DNA of 64,000 nt from positions 2,108,001-2,172,000 of the forward strand of contig CM074814.1 of NCBI GenBank assembly GCA_037447605.1, in the 5' to 3' direction. Each line of letters starts with the position of its first letter. Positions within the stretch are counted from its first letter, which is position 1. The translations under genes were made by a program, and so were the position numbers. Below are positions 51,229 to 64,000 of this stretch, one piece after another. Under the pieces are notes generated by a model. It did no database searches. It was not told the origin of the DNA and was given only the letters and a program-made list of their open reading frames with translations. This DNA comes from Zygnema circumcarinatum SAG 698-1b. Taxonomy: Eukaryota > Plantae > Zygnematophyceae.

Positions 51229-54200
51229 CTAAAGAAGGAGAGGAGTGAGGGGAATCTCATTCAGGTTTGTCCCCTTCGGTGGGTTGAAGTGGGGACGCAG
51301 GCCCAACCAGCACTTGTAATAGTCTGCATCAAGTTGGGGCGAGGAGAGAGCTGCCTTTGTCACTCGGGGAATGTAGAGAACCTCAAACATGAAAGCGAGA
51401 GTATCTCCGGGAAGCTTGTTGGGGCCTGCAACTGCCTCCTCCGAAACAGCTTTCTGCAGGCAAAAGGGGGACATTAATTTTGAAAGCGGTGAATGCAAGC
51501 AGACAATGGGAAACTGGCAGGACATTGTTTCGACATGCGCAATAGGTTGTGAATCAAAGAATGAAATGTATGAAGTGTAAAGGGTACAGAACAAACCTCA
51601 AAGGTGGATGTATCTGGGCCATGAGGAGACATGCTAGAATGGAGGCTGCTTCCTCCTGGCAAGAACCCATCTGCCTTAGCCTGTGAATAAGACATGACCA
51701 AACATAAAGTCGATTAGTAAGCTTGATCCCTTTCAAAATATGCCCGCCTGCGAGAGCGAGCACCTAATTACCAGAAACTATGGAACGTCCGATTGATCCG
51801 ATTGATGAACCACTCTCTCCCTCTCTCTCCCTCTCTCTCTCTCCCTCTCTCTCTCTCTCTCTCGCTCTCTCCCTCTCTCTCTCCCTCTCCCTCTCTTTCT
51901 CCCTCTCCCTCTCTCTCTCACTCTCTCTCTAGCGCTCTACATCTACACAGAGACAAGGCGGCCTACTTCATAGGCTCCACGAATGAGGCCCATAAACTCC
52001 GACATGCAATTCCGATGAAAGTAAGGCGGACGGAAGGTGTGTTCCGCCACAGTCCAACGCGGAGGGAATATGACAAAGTCCATCAAAGCAACCCCCGGCT
52101 GAGCGGTGGGGCAAGTCAGCACTGCACCCAGTTTAAACATATCAAGCATATCAATATTTAAACAAGCTCTTCTGCTTCAGGTATAGACAAACTGCTCCTT
52201 CCAGAAGTTTCTCTTCACACGGGAGAGGATGATCTCTTATACTTTTCAGCTAAGAAGAAGCTTCTTACTTAAGGTAAGAAGACTTGCCATATGTAAGTAG
52301 GTTCACAAACCGAGATAGCAAAGAAGAAACAAGGTGGTGAAATCTGAAAGCGTACCTGTGAAGATGGAGGGGTCAGGGTGGTCAAAAGAAACGGCATTCA
52401 TAGGACAGAATTTGGAGAGGTCGTACTGCCAGCCATACCAACAAACCATGCAAATAAGGTGAATTCGGACGTTCAGTTCATAGTTCTGCATCTCATATTG
52501 CTTCATCAACCAAATCGCCCACATTACTTGCTTATCCCTAAAACCCTTGTTAGTGGAATCGATCACGTCGATGCCATTTGACTTAAAAACGCTACCGAAC
52601 TGCGGATAGAAGCATATTGTGGCTTAGGATTTGTTGCAGGATACTGCAGGGATCAAATATCAACCATTCAAACCTGAACCCATGGACCATGCAAACACAT
52701 GCCCCAGAAGATGTACATAAAAAAATGGGAAGGATGTCCTTACCTTGTACGGAGCATAATTTCCATGCCAAGCCACAACATTGAAGGGCGAAAAATCCTG
52801 CTTAGCCTCGAATAGGAGCCCATCAAACTTGTGAAAGACAGTAAAACCAGTGCGGATTTTGTCGTCAAACCACGCAACAGGGGTCAAGAAATCGCGGGGA
52901 TTGGCCAGACCATTGGCCCCTGCAATGGAGTTTTCAACATTCGGTCTCATTCAGATCGAATAGGAAAATCAAACAAATGATCGGCTGCGGCCCAACACAT
53001 GGTAATACCACATCAACAGCTACCAATTGAACTTGCCACGTGTCGCGTACCGATTGGTCCAAGTTCTGGCAGGCGGAGATGGTTGCCAAAAACTTCGCAT
53101 ATGTACCCACGAGAGGGTCCATCCGGAAGATTGACAGAAAACCGAACTCCCATCTGTACTACGGCGATTTCTCCAGGGGCTACCTCAAGTTTGCCGAATT
53201 CTGTGGTGATCCAAAGTCCTGTTGAGAGAAAAGAGGCAAAATGGAGCATGTGAATGACAATAACAGTAAGGGAGGAAAGCCTTGCCCATAACATGCTCAC
53301 CGTACCATCATCAATGAGCAAGTAGTGGAAGACAAGAAATGCTTTTAAGCGCTTTTAGTTTCTAGAACGAGCTTAGCTTCCTGAGATGTGAAGCTTGGAT
53401 GAATTCTACACTCTGCTTTGCTTTATCGTCACTCATTGTCGCAAACCTTCTGAAGGCTTTTACAAGTGAAACATAAGGCTGCTGTCATATATTTTAGAAG
53501 TCCAATAACAGGGCCCCAATAATGCTGCATTTTGGACCTCGTACAAGCCAAAATAAAGCCCACAATTCGCGACCTTCAGCATTGCCGTTCACTTCAAGAT
53601 TTGGTTGACTTACTGCCTTGTTGCGGCACAATGAGGAAATCCCCATCAGCATTCGCTAAAGCACGCTCATCCATGTTTCCATTAGCTGCATATCTGTATA
53701 CATGCCCCACAGTAATATCAATAAATAGCAGGAAAAGCTTACGTTTTACACCGCAGTCACTTCCTTTTTCATTATATTCAATCGAAAAGGTTCACCTTTA
53801 CGCTTTAACTGGAAAGGCTTAACCTAAGGACTGAGTTTTTCATTGTTTAGGTCACTGACATGTGCACGGCGTAGCCGCTTTTGGTTGATGGGCTGCCTGC
53901 TCCACAAACAGTAATAAGCCCTTCAAGAAAGTCAGTCGGCTCGGAAGGAATGGGTGTGGGCTTCCAACGGAGCTGATTCGGGGTAGCTGTGGTCGACTTA
54001 TCAGTGAAGTCGGCAGTCAGACGTGTATGGAGCGTGTCATTACAGGGTCGGAATGGCTCATGAGTAACTGATGGTTTGATACGATAAAGCCAGCTGAAAA
54101 ACATAAACATCTCCCCATCCTTCAAAGGGTGCTTTGTGAAGAAATGACGGAGTTCAGACCTAAATATGCCTAGTCTGACACTCAGGTCTCTAGAACCGCA

Positions 54201-54841
54201 AAACAAACCAGATCCTACACCCAACTTATCCTGATGTGTATGAGTGGAATGGAGTGTGGGGAGAAAGAACGGGAAGAGAGGGGAGGGGTGGGAGAGTGTG
54301 AGAGAGAGAGCGAGAGTGAAAACCCAGGAGCGAGAGGAGGGAAAAAGGTAGGAGGAACAAAAGGACACACAAACGGCGCAGCAGAGAGGCGAGCGACGTC
54401 GAACAAAGATTATATGATATTCGACAAACGTATTCTAAGAATGAGTAGAACATTCTAGCAAAGTTTCAAATTTAAAATACTTTGAACACCATCTGACATG
54501 AATTGCTTCCACATCGCATGATGCATCTGCATAGTGTGAGAAAGTGCAACGAATTGGATTCTGTCAGTCCGTGATAGGCTGCTGCACCTGCGCTGATTCG
54601 ACCCTCGCGCCGCCGTAAAGGCAGTTCCAGATATCTGCTCGGCGTAGAGGCCAAAAGGGCAAACCTGGGGGCTGTTCTGCCCAACAGGAAGCGCTCCCGG
54701 AAGTGCTTCACTCTGAAAGTGGTTCCCAAATCCACTCAAATATTGAAGGCTGGCGAAGGCAGCATCGCCTTCGACCTCATTCATTCCTAAAGCTGCATCC
54801 TTGCCCGGTTCTCCACCATGGATGCTACCGGCTGGCGGCAT
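51229..54841 (-). CDS. HGO: Homogentisate 1,2-dioxygenase, about 9 exons
   Basis: [166 protein letters not shown]. Confidence 0.96.
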
Positions 54842-56190
54842 TCCGAAGGCCTGATCACTTATGCTTGCTCTCTTCTCGCTTCGAAAGACTCCTTCTCCGT
54901 CACAACACCCGTTCCTTCAACCGTAACCCCGACCGTGACCCTAATCCTAAGCCTACTCCTAACCCTAAATGGAAACCCTACCACTGCAAGATACGGCGCT
55001 TCTTCGTCTTCTACTAAATCCTGACCGCAGCTTTCCAGATATATTCTCGGACCCACATTCCTCCTCTCCTAAATTATTCTTCACGCGCTGTGTGGAGGCC
55101 GATGCTGGCATGCAGCCCCAGCCATGGCGAGCATTTCTTCCAGCGCCATATTTACAGTTTTAGGGCCTCAGAGCTGATAGCGGCAGTGCAGGAAGGCGTC
55201 AGTGTCACGACACGTCTGCTTCAGGGCCTGGACCAGACTAGCTAGCCAAATATTGACTAACCAAAGTTTGGCTAACTGAATGTCACATCTGACTAGGAGA
55301 TTGTAGTTGGATTATAGTCAGAAAAGTGACTAATCAAACGGTCAACAATCTAGTTACGTTTTAGTAAGTGAATACGGACGCTTTTAGTCATCAGCGTTTA
55401 GTCAGAAAACTACTCTAGTCCTTTAGTTTTTTGTGGTAATTTTCCTCAAGTCATGAAAATTAAGTCGAGAATCTGCACAGCCAACGGAACTGGGAAACCA
55501 AGCAAGTGAAAGGACGTGTAACGTTAACTTTAACCTTAACTGCGACGCATAGATCTGTCTGGTTGCCCGCGCACATGGAAATTCATCGTCCGGACTGAGA
55601 TCGTCCGCCCGGGGCGGCTGGTCCCGCCTTCCCCGCCGGTATCGCTACGGTCCAAAATTTGCCGCCCTCTCGACATTCGCCGTACAAAGGGAGACCGCGT
55701 CGCGACAAATCCACGTTTGACGGCGATCAATGCCACATCCCCCCACGTGCAGCTTCAGATTCTAAGGACCATTCCATACCCTTTTTTTTGTCTGGGCTTT
55801 AAAAGAACATTTCTGGCTGCCCGACATTCATTCGCTGACCAAGTGCATATCGCAGCTCGATCTCGGGCAGACCGAAAATTAGGGCTCACTGGATGTTTTT
55901 CGTCGTCCGTACCCTTTCCTTTTCCAATGTCCCCTCTATTTATTTTCAAATGTAGGCCGATCCCGATCTCCAGCACGTGTCATAAGTATCCCCCTGGGGA
56001 CGCCTTTCTCCATCATTTCCGTCGGACGTATCCCCCCGAGGACGGCTATCTGGTCAAAGTACCTCCCCGCCGCCCACCTTAAAAGCGCATAAAGGGGGGC
56101 CGTCCAGCCGCCTTTACTGTACGACCGTACGGTCCCATCCAGGTCAGCAATGAAGGGCTGTCCTTTTCGGAGGGGACTCAGCTGAGCAGG

Positions 56191-56243
56191 CCAATCACAG
56201 ACTGCCACGTCAGATATTATGACACGTGGCACTCTCTGATTGG
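56191..56243. promoter_or_regulatory. Inverted pair of CCAAT-N9-CCACG (ERSE-like) elements between the divergent HGO and histidine kinase genes
   Basis: CCAAT CACAGACTG CCACG at 56191-56209, and the reverse-complement arrangement CGTGG CACTCTCTG ATTGG at 56225-56243. Confidence 0.6.
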
Positions 56244-56664
56244 ATGGGTCTGTCTTGAATTGGGACCCACTTTCAGGGAAAGCTCTGGCTGCCTGCCTGC
56301 AGGTTCCCAAGGAGGGGGGTGCTGTAGGCCATGGCTGCCAAGGCATGAGTTGGAAGAATGAGCTGCTTCAGGTTGTCATGTATTCCAGCATGCCCTTGTT
56401 CTGAATGGCACTCTCGTATTTTCGCTCCAGATCCGTTTCCTAGAAATTCCTGCATATGAACTTTGCGGCATAGTGTCAAGATTCTGCAAACTTTTGTACA
56501 ATTGTCAATGACTACTGAACCTGTCCCCCGCAGTGCATTCAGAAGATGTGAGATAACTTCAGATCGACTGTGAAGCGGACTTATGCGTGAGACTGAGACA
56601 CATTCGCTCTCTTAAGTTTCGAATTCTTGCTTCGTGCGGTAGACATTGAAGCCAGCTCTAGGCA

Positions 56665-59600
56665 ATGTGGCATCGGTCGCGCTTTCACGGTAGCCATGAA
56701 CGGGATATGGAACGAGAGAGGGACCCTGAAGCAGCGTCTGTGGTGTCCATGGAGTCGCAGCCGCTCTCGCAGTCAGACATAGGGAGTACAAACGGTGGCG
56801 AGTTTCGGGACAGTGATGATGAGTTCGAAAGCGAACCCGTAGTACTATGCTGCTGTCAAGGCCTTCTCGCAGCTTCTCCTGTGAAGTTGCCGGATTTTCT
56901 GAAACTCACCTCTTGGTTGCGGTTCAGTCCAAGGTGGCGCTTTGTTCTGCTTGCGGTTTGGGCGTTCGTGGGACTCATTGTAGCCGGCAGCGTTTTTACT
57001 ATCACTTACACTTCACATCAAGGCAAGCGGCAGGTAGGTGCTTATATCTTGGACGCATTTCAAAACAAGAAGAAGCTGAGCTAACGTTTTTTTTAGCGGA
57101 GACATGTATTTCTCGGGCCAGTTTTTCTAATAGTGCATGAATCGCAGAAAGTCTTAATTCTCTTAATTTCTTCTCGTTTTTCTCTTCCTTAAATGTCAAT
57201 AAAAAACTTGTTTTTGGTCACTAAAACTAAAGTCTAAACTATTGCCATTTTTAGGAAAAGGTAAAGAATAACTAGTTTGTCCAGTCAAAGCAAGCTTTTC
57301 CATAAGCGGCCCCCCGGGGCTTGGTATAAGTTTAGATTGTAGAGCCAATTGATTCTTGTACCGCCAGTTTCAGCTGTGCTACCATTGAGTTGAAAAGAAT
57401 GCAGGCTCGATGAATCTGCTGCTTCCGCCAAATGAGACCTGATTATTTTTTTCTTTGTCGGAGTTCACGTATTAGGGCAGAGTTATGTTAGGATTTGCTA
57501 ACAATAAGGGTAGTCACATGAATTTGTACATGTTAAGAAAACAATCTTACTACGCTCTCTAAAAGCACTACATCTGTTTATCTATAATGGCTTGAGTTGT
57601 CATGCTTGTGCCGAGACTACTCGTTGTTAGTGCCGCAAGGGTGCTCATGAAATTGCCCTTTAACTGATCTTATTTGGAGAACAATTAAGTGCAGCATTGG
57701 AGTATTGCAGGCGCTACTGATAAACTACAATTGTTGCCTAGCTGCGTTAGACACTCTCACGTCCGTTAACTCACTTCTCACGCCTGTTTACTGCTTCTTG
57801 TATGGCATCTTGGCTTCCCCTCCCATAGCAATTCATTGAGCAACGATGTGACTCCTGGGCAAGACTCCTCAATGAGGGCTTCAGAGAAACGTCCAACCAG
57901 GTGAGCTGATATGTAAGTAGCAGTTGCATTCGCTTTTGACAGCAAACTAGGAGGCTATAAGTGAGTTACTTCAATAGAAAACCGTGTAGCTAGTCCTCAT
58001 ACCCTCCTAGCATTTGAAACATTTGAGAAATGAGCGCGTCATAATGACCAAACCATTCACTCAAGTTAGGTACCCTGCAACTCGTTCTGCTGCTATCGCA
58101 ATCATATGGCCCACAGCATTTTCAATGTCCCTGTTTTGGGTTTTTTGGGTTTCCATTTTTTTTTAATGAGCTTTTCTCTGTCTTATAATCTAAAGGAAGT
58201 AGTGCTCGAGATATTTCCTGTTTTGTACTACCACCTTGCATACTCTGATATGCAGTCACTTAATTTTATGCATCCTCGTGTCCTGCATGACTTGTTAGAA
58301 CTTGTACTTGTAGCATTTGAACTGTGGGGGCGCAACTTGAGGCATGATGCGGTTACAAATTTATTAGTGCTCCTTTTCGCTTGGGCAGTTATTGGAATTG
58401 GTTTATGGAAAGATGCTTTAGTTTCTCATACACAGGCTTTGTCAACTTGCAGGCTCGCGTATTCTCAAATCTCGTCTCCACCTTGTATTTTCGTAAACCT
58501 AATGGCACTTTGGACGCTGTGAGTTTTTCAGCCCCATCTACTCTCAGAAAGTCATTAACTTTCAGAAGGCAAAAGCTTGTAAGTCAATTATCAATCTTAG
58601 GTGAAACCTTGAAGATGTGCAGCCAGGCAACGTCAACTACCTCACTGAATTCACTTCGGAAAATGTCTGGGTGGGAAATCAGGACACATTTTTGGAGATC
58701 GCGGGAGACACTGATTATGCCCGACCCCTCTTGCTGGGAATCAGCTTTGCTCTTCTTGTTAGTGATGCTAACCGGAGTGCTTTTGAAGCTTCAATGGGTC
58801 CCGGTTACTGCATTAGGTAAGGTGCTGACCGCCAAAGGTTAGTCTGATCCCAGTAGCTTTCTTGGCAAAGTTCAGGTTCTTCTTGCTGAGAAACCTACCT
58901 GAGGAGGAGCATCGATCCTTCTGGTTTAGACTGAGACTATTCTCATTCTTCTCACGTCTTTTAGAAAGCTTATTTGCCAAGAATCCAACTGCTTTTCTCT
59001 CTCACCACCGGCAAAAAGAACTGTGTTAGTTTTGCTGAAATACTTAATGATGTGAGTACACAGCATTGTTCCTAACTTTTCTGCAGTTACCTCCTTCTGG
59101 GATTGGCTTTGGATTCAGAAACCATGAAGGCCAGTGCCAAAGCAAAAAGCCGGACTATGCTCCTCTTCTATTCGGTCAAGCCGTGGGTCCCTCTGGCAGT
59201 TTTATGCCAATTTCACAGTTTTCAATAGATCTCTTAAGTGGTACTTTATCGCCCATTTTTCCTCAGCCCCATTACCCCACAGAACCATGGTTGGCATGTC
59301 TGGAATACCTCTCCCAAATCAAATAGCAGCTCACCCTTACCCTTACCCTGCACGGTATCTACCTCTCATTTGGCTCTAGTTTCCCCTTAATATGCCTGTG
59401 CTCTACTACTTACTGCTTGCTTTGCTATTGTATGGATGCCATGGTTTCTTGCAGAGGAGAATCTGACTGATTCACTCACCCGGATTCGAGATGAAGGATT
59501 GCAAGGAGCTTTGGGGGTACCGTCTAGTGTGACCCTGAATAACATAAGCAGCATCGTCCTTCTAAAATCTTTCCCTGTGTTTTACGATAGAGTAGCTCCG

Positions 59601-62600
59601 TCCGCTGGCTCGACAGTGGAGGCCTTTCGAGCATCAGTGGGAGGCTTCATTGTTGCTGGTTTTATTTTCCATGGTATTTGGGAGACAGTACTAGAGGTAA
59701 ACTACAAGAACCCTAGATTATTTATCAGGAATCTTCTCTCTTGTCGTTACTTCCGATGTCTTCTTCAACTGAGGTTTGACTGCCTTCAAGGAATCCCTTA
59801 GGAAATACTTCTATGAATAGAGATATGTGAACTTTCCGAAGATGATTTCTCCAAGCATGTAACGCTTAGTATCGCTCTTGTATGCATTTGCGCCGACGTT
59901 CATTGTTCATATGTTTCAAGGGAAATGCAGCAGCATTTTTGTACCGTGATTCTGAGGCTCCACATTGTGTGTGCATGCAGAACACCCTTCCCAATACTGA
60001 CGTGCTTTCCCGCATATATGATGTGACCAATCGTTCTAATCCCATTTTATTACAAGGGTCAAACAATGAACTGATATCTGTTGAGCATGACGACTATGCA
60101 CACGTTAGTCCTTTGAACTTCAGTGATTCATATCGTCAGCATGAGATCCGCTGTCGGTACGTTGACCTTTTCTTGTTACTGGGCCTGGAGGAAGCACATT
60201 GGACTTGTTTTCAAGTTGTCAAATTGTCAGTGTCAATTGGGCGTGATGCAAGGATTGCGGTTCATAGAACTGCTAACTTTTCAGCAGTCACTTTCACCAG
60301 TGTGGCGCACATTCAGTGTAATCGCTGTTAACTTTCCATCGTAATTCATCTCTGCGTTTTGCCTTTTGACAACTGAGGCACTTCATGAGAGTCGTCCTCC
60401 CTTCCTGCTCTCAAATGACCATCCTTTGTTATGCAGGTTCAAGGATATATATGTTTTCCCTATGCAAGCTCTTGGATGGGCAGCGGCTGTTGTTGCAATC
60501 GTTATATTGGCCGGCTATATTGCATGGGCCACATGCTTGCAAATGCAACGCTTGGAGATGGATTTTCGTCGGATGGAAGCCTTGAAAGACAAAATGTAAT
60601 TCAACAATCGCAACTTAACCACTTGTTGGCTTGTGTGAACTTGGGGGGGTTGTATGGAGTGGTCACAAGCAAAAGTTGCAGTGGAATATCCAGAACCTTC
60701 GCCTGCCATTAAGCTGATCTTGGTGTGTACATTAAAGGTTTGCAAATCGGTTAACTGAGACTGAGTCAGGTTAATCTAGCGTGGCTTCTGCTAAACCAGG
60801 ATATATGTGTTCATTGCAATTCAGGAAAATGGCCAAAAAGGCTGCTGAGGCTGCAAGTCGAGCTAAGGGCACATTTCTAGCTACCATGTCGCATGAAATT
60901 CGTACACCCATGAATGGGGTGATAGGTGAGGCACCATACAGACTTCTGTGCGGAAAGGGGGTTACTGTGGCTTGAAAAGATAGAAAGGTAGCCCTCTCTT
61001 CTTGAGTTCGGCTTCTAGTTGAATTGCCTATTTCCGGATTGAGTTTCACTTTGGCAAAACTTGCACCATCATTCGCTCCTCTTTCGCGTTGATTGATAGA
61101 GTTATGATTTGGACTCTTTGAAGTTTTGACACTCTCTTAGCATAGACATTCTGTCCGTCAACTACAGAGGTTTGGACCCCCTCCATATCCCGTTCGGCCA
61201 CATAATCAAAGGCAGGAATTTGCCGAAATGTGGTGCCATAAGGTGACATGCTCGAGTGAACCGTAGTCAGACTGTTGGCTGGTTTGGAATTCGTTAAAGA
61301 AGTCGCAGTTGTTAGATATATATGGATGAATGTGTCAGATATCTGTGCTGCACATATGTATGCTAATGTATGAATGCTGCGTGGCAGGCATGCTGAATCT
61401 ACTGCTGGAGACAGGGCTCGATGCTACACAGTTAGACTACGTGGAAACTGCTCGCACGAGTGGGAGGGCATTAGTGGAGCTAATAAATGACATTCTGGAC
61501 CTATCCAAAATTGAGGTAGGAAACCAACCATTGAGTCGAGAATTTCAAACGTAGGGACGTCTTTGGACTACATTTTAGAAGGGTGGTGAAATGGGCCTGG
61601 CTACCCTATTTCGAGATAGGTCTAGATGGAGAAGGCATGGCAATGTTCGTTTGCGTATGAAACAGAGTGTCTCTGAATAGCCATTAGGGAGCTAGTAAAT
61701 TTCAGCAGTGATCTTACATTTTCTCAATTGGTGTTTGTGGGCTATTTGTGAAATATATGTTTTTTGTTTCAGGCAAATAAAATGGCCGTGGAGAAGATCC
61801 AAATGGACATCCGAGCGGAAGTCGACAATGTTCTTAGTATGTTTGTTGAGAGGCTACGAGAAAAACCACAAGTAGAAGTGGCAGCATTTGTGGCGGATTC
61901 TGTCCCACCCACCACTTTGGGTGATCCTCTCCGTCTACGGCAGGTACATATGTTCTGTCTACTTCCTATCACTCTGATGCAGATACAAAACAGTGAGTTT
62001 TAAGGCAGCACTTTTGCTCTTTCACGTAATGTACCTTTGGTTATCTGGATGAGAGTTTTTGAAAGGACCATGGTGGGGAGATGTCCATGCTTTCCTTACA
62101 GGTTCTTATCAACCTGCTCTCTAATTCTTGTAAATTTACCAACAAGGGCCATATCTTCATCGTTATTCGAGCTGCCTACCCCGACGAAGATATCCGCAAA
62201 GTTACTGCAGCCGTCGTTAGTGGCGAAAGCAGTCGACGAATGGACCTTCCCGATATCCACAAGCTTGAAACAATATCGGATACGGTTGAGCTTCTGCCTC
62301 TTGACGGTAGAGATTTCTTCAGACCAAAACGGGTCAACGAGATCACAGAACCGTGTGCAGATGGAGATACGAAAGTAGAGGGTGGAAACCGGACTATTGG
62401 GGGAACATGGTTAACACTGAGTGAACAGGAAACAGTAGAGAGCTGCAACAGCTGGTTCAAAATAAAGCACATATTGGACGCAAAATCAGGTGTTTTGATG
62501 CCATTGTCGGGCAGTGTAGGAGGCCAAGTCGAGGACAATGCCGGGAATCTTGTCCGACTTGTCATTTCAGTGGAGGTTAGTACTCACCTCCGCTTTTCAA

Positions 62601-64000
62601 TCCTGAAGAGACTTCTTTCTAACGTTCCTTTCAATAGTGAAATTTACCCTTCTCACGTACTAGTGGGGTCCTCCATTTGCCTTTTTTTGACCTGCAGGAT
62701 ACAGGTTTAGGAATTCCATATAATGCGCAGCAAATGATTTTCAAACCATTTGTACAAGCAGATACGAGCACCACCAGGACACATGGTGGAACAGGTAAAT
62801 GGTTGAACGTTCCCTTTTCTTAAATATGCAGTTCAGGAAAGGTAACAATTCATTCGCTCATCCTTTTTTCTATAATGGGTGGTGCAGGTATCGGCCTGAC
62901 GATTTCGCGACGACTTGTGCAACTCATGGGAGGCAAATTAGGGTTTGTCTCCAGACCCGGAGTTGGGACCACTTTCTTCTTCGATATGACAGTCCCGTGT
63001 GAAATGAAGCCGTTTAAATCACCACGGACGACAGAATCTGCGAATCATAGGCTGCCAAGTGGCATTCAAATGACAGACTTACAGAACATATCAGTGGCTG
63101 TTCTTGACGATCGACCGGTCTGGCGAGCTGTGGTGGAGAGTTATCTTCGGAGGTTGGGAGTACAGGTCATAAACGATGACACTACTCCTCTGAACGGAGA
63201 TAGCATTTGGACAGGGTCGGTGGGAGATGGGAGAGCAGCCAATGGGGTATCTCCTGCGGGAGATAGTCAGGGGAATCCTGGGCAAGCAAATGGCAGGTCT
63301 CACAGATCGGGAGGAGAGCGTAATTCAGGGGAATTTCCAGGCAACTTTTTTGGACCTGTCCTTGTAGTGGATTCGGATTGGCTAGCAGCACATGGAGGTG
63401 TCCGAAGGGGGTGGAGAGAAAACATTCCATCCAGAATGGAAGAGAGATTGGGTCTGCACGGAGTGAAGAGTCGAGCAATTCTAATGTGTAGGGATAGGGG
63501 GATGGAGGAGGCTGCTAGAATAGCTGGTTTTGATGCCATGTTGGTAAAGCCATTGCGACAAAGTGCATTGGCGGGTTGTTTGGCTCAGTGCTTTGCTATT
63601 GGAAGTCGGAGATTCTCGGGAGGGAGTGTAGCTCCAAGAGGGCCTATTCAGGTGTATGTGCCTGATGGTATGAGCACTAGTGAGAGAAGGGATGGGGAGA
63701 TGGAAGAGAGAGCTAAAGCAGAGAAAAAACTGGTGGAGGCGAGTACGCCCCAACCACCGTCGGAGTCGGATGAGAAAGAACTGCTTAAGGAAGCATTTCG
63801 AGATCGGCTCTTTTTGGTGGTAGGTCGTGCTAAAAATACTTCCTTGATGTTACTTCTGACCGTTGAGTTTGACTTCGGCTTGGGTGATGGACTTGTCCAT
63901 TGAAAAATCCTGAGTGGAAAACTGCAGGAAACCACTCCCATGTGGAGGTAGAGCAGAAACGATGTGAAGGATCCGACTTACTTGTGATGGGGGAATTTGT
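56665..64000 (+). CDS. CHASE-domain hybrid histidine kinase (cytokinin-receptor/AHK-like); C-terminus outside the window
   Basis: Transmembrane segment, then CHASE-like exons ([68 protein letters not shown]) and a second TM. His[80 protein letters not shown], receiver-like region with LVKPLRQS. Confidence 0.92.

Noticed and set aside
55237-55420. GACTA/TAGTC-rich stretch as a MITE
   Set aside because: Only ~6 bp of terminal inverted match and no TSD.
1-64000. tRNA, rRNA, snoRNA genes or an autonomous transposase/reverse transcriptase
   Set aside because: None recognised by eye. A covariance-model scan would be needed to exclude small RNAs, for example in DCAF13 introns.

Overview
Gene-dense, intron-containing eukaryotic DNA of the green lineage. 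The proteins are land-plant-like but divergent, so a streptophyte alga is my best guess (inference). Genes read from the sequence: ISE2-type DEVH RNA helicase (-, runs off the left end), a small Lys-rich ...KADRYCK protein, a WNK kinase with a ~1000-aa disordered tail, intronless PHT4;6, a tail-anchored coiled-coil protein, a P-type PPR protein, DCAF13/SOF1, VID27/CYPRO4, an orphan terminal exon of a plastid CDP-DAG synthase, an unknown secreted protein, homogentisate dioxygenase (HGO) and a CHASE-domain hybrid histidine kinase (runs off the right end). Main findings: (1) a spliced gene missed by the ORF track that joins a divergent DMC1 N-terminal domain to novel, internally duplicated exons with no RecA core; (2) an exact CCAAT-N9-CCACG (ERSE-like) element recurring in most intergenic/promoter regions; (3) two foldback transposons, each with a clean 8-bp target-site duplication, at 47.4-49.9 kb; (4) a CHASE receptor that appears to lack the cytokinin-binding Asp; (5) a candidate conserved-peptide uORF before WNK. 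All exon boundaries and alignments were made by eye from recalled family sequences, with no database search.
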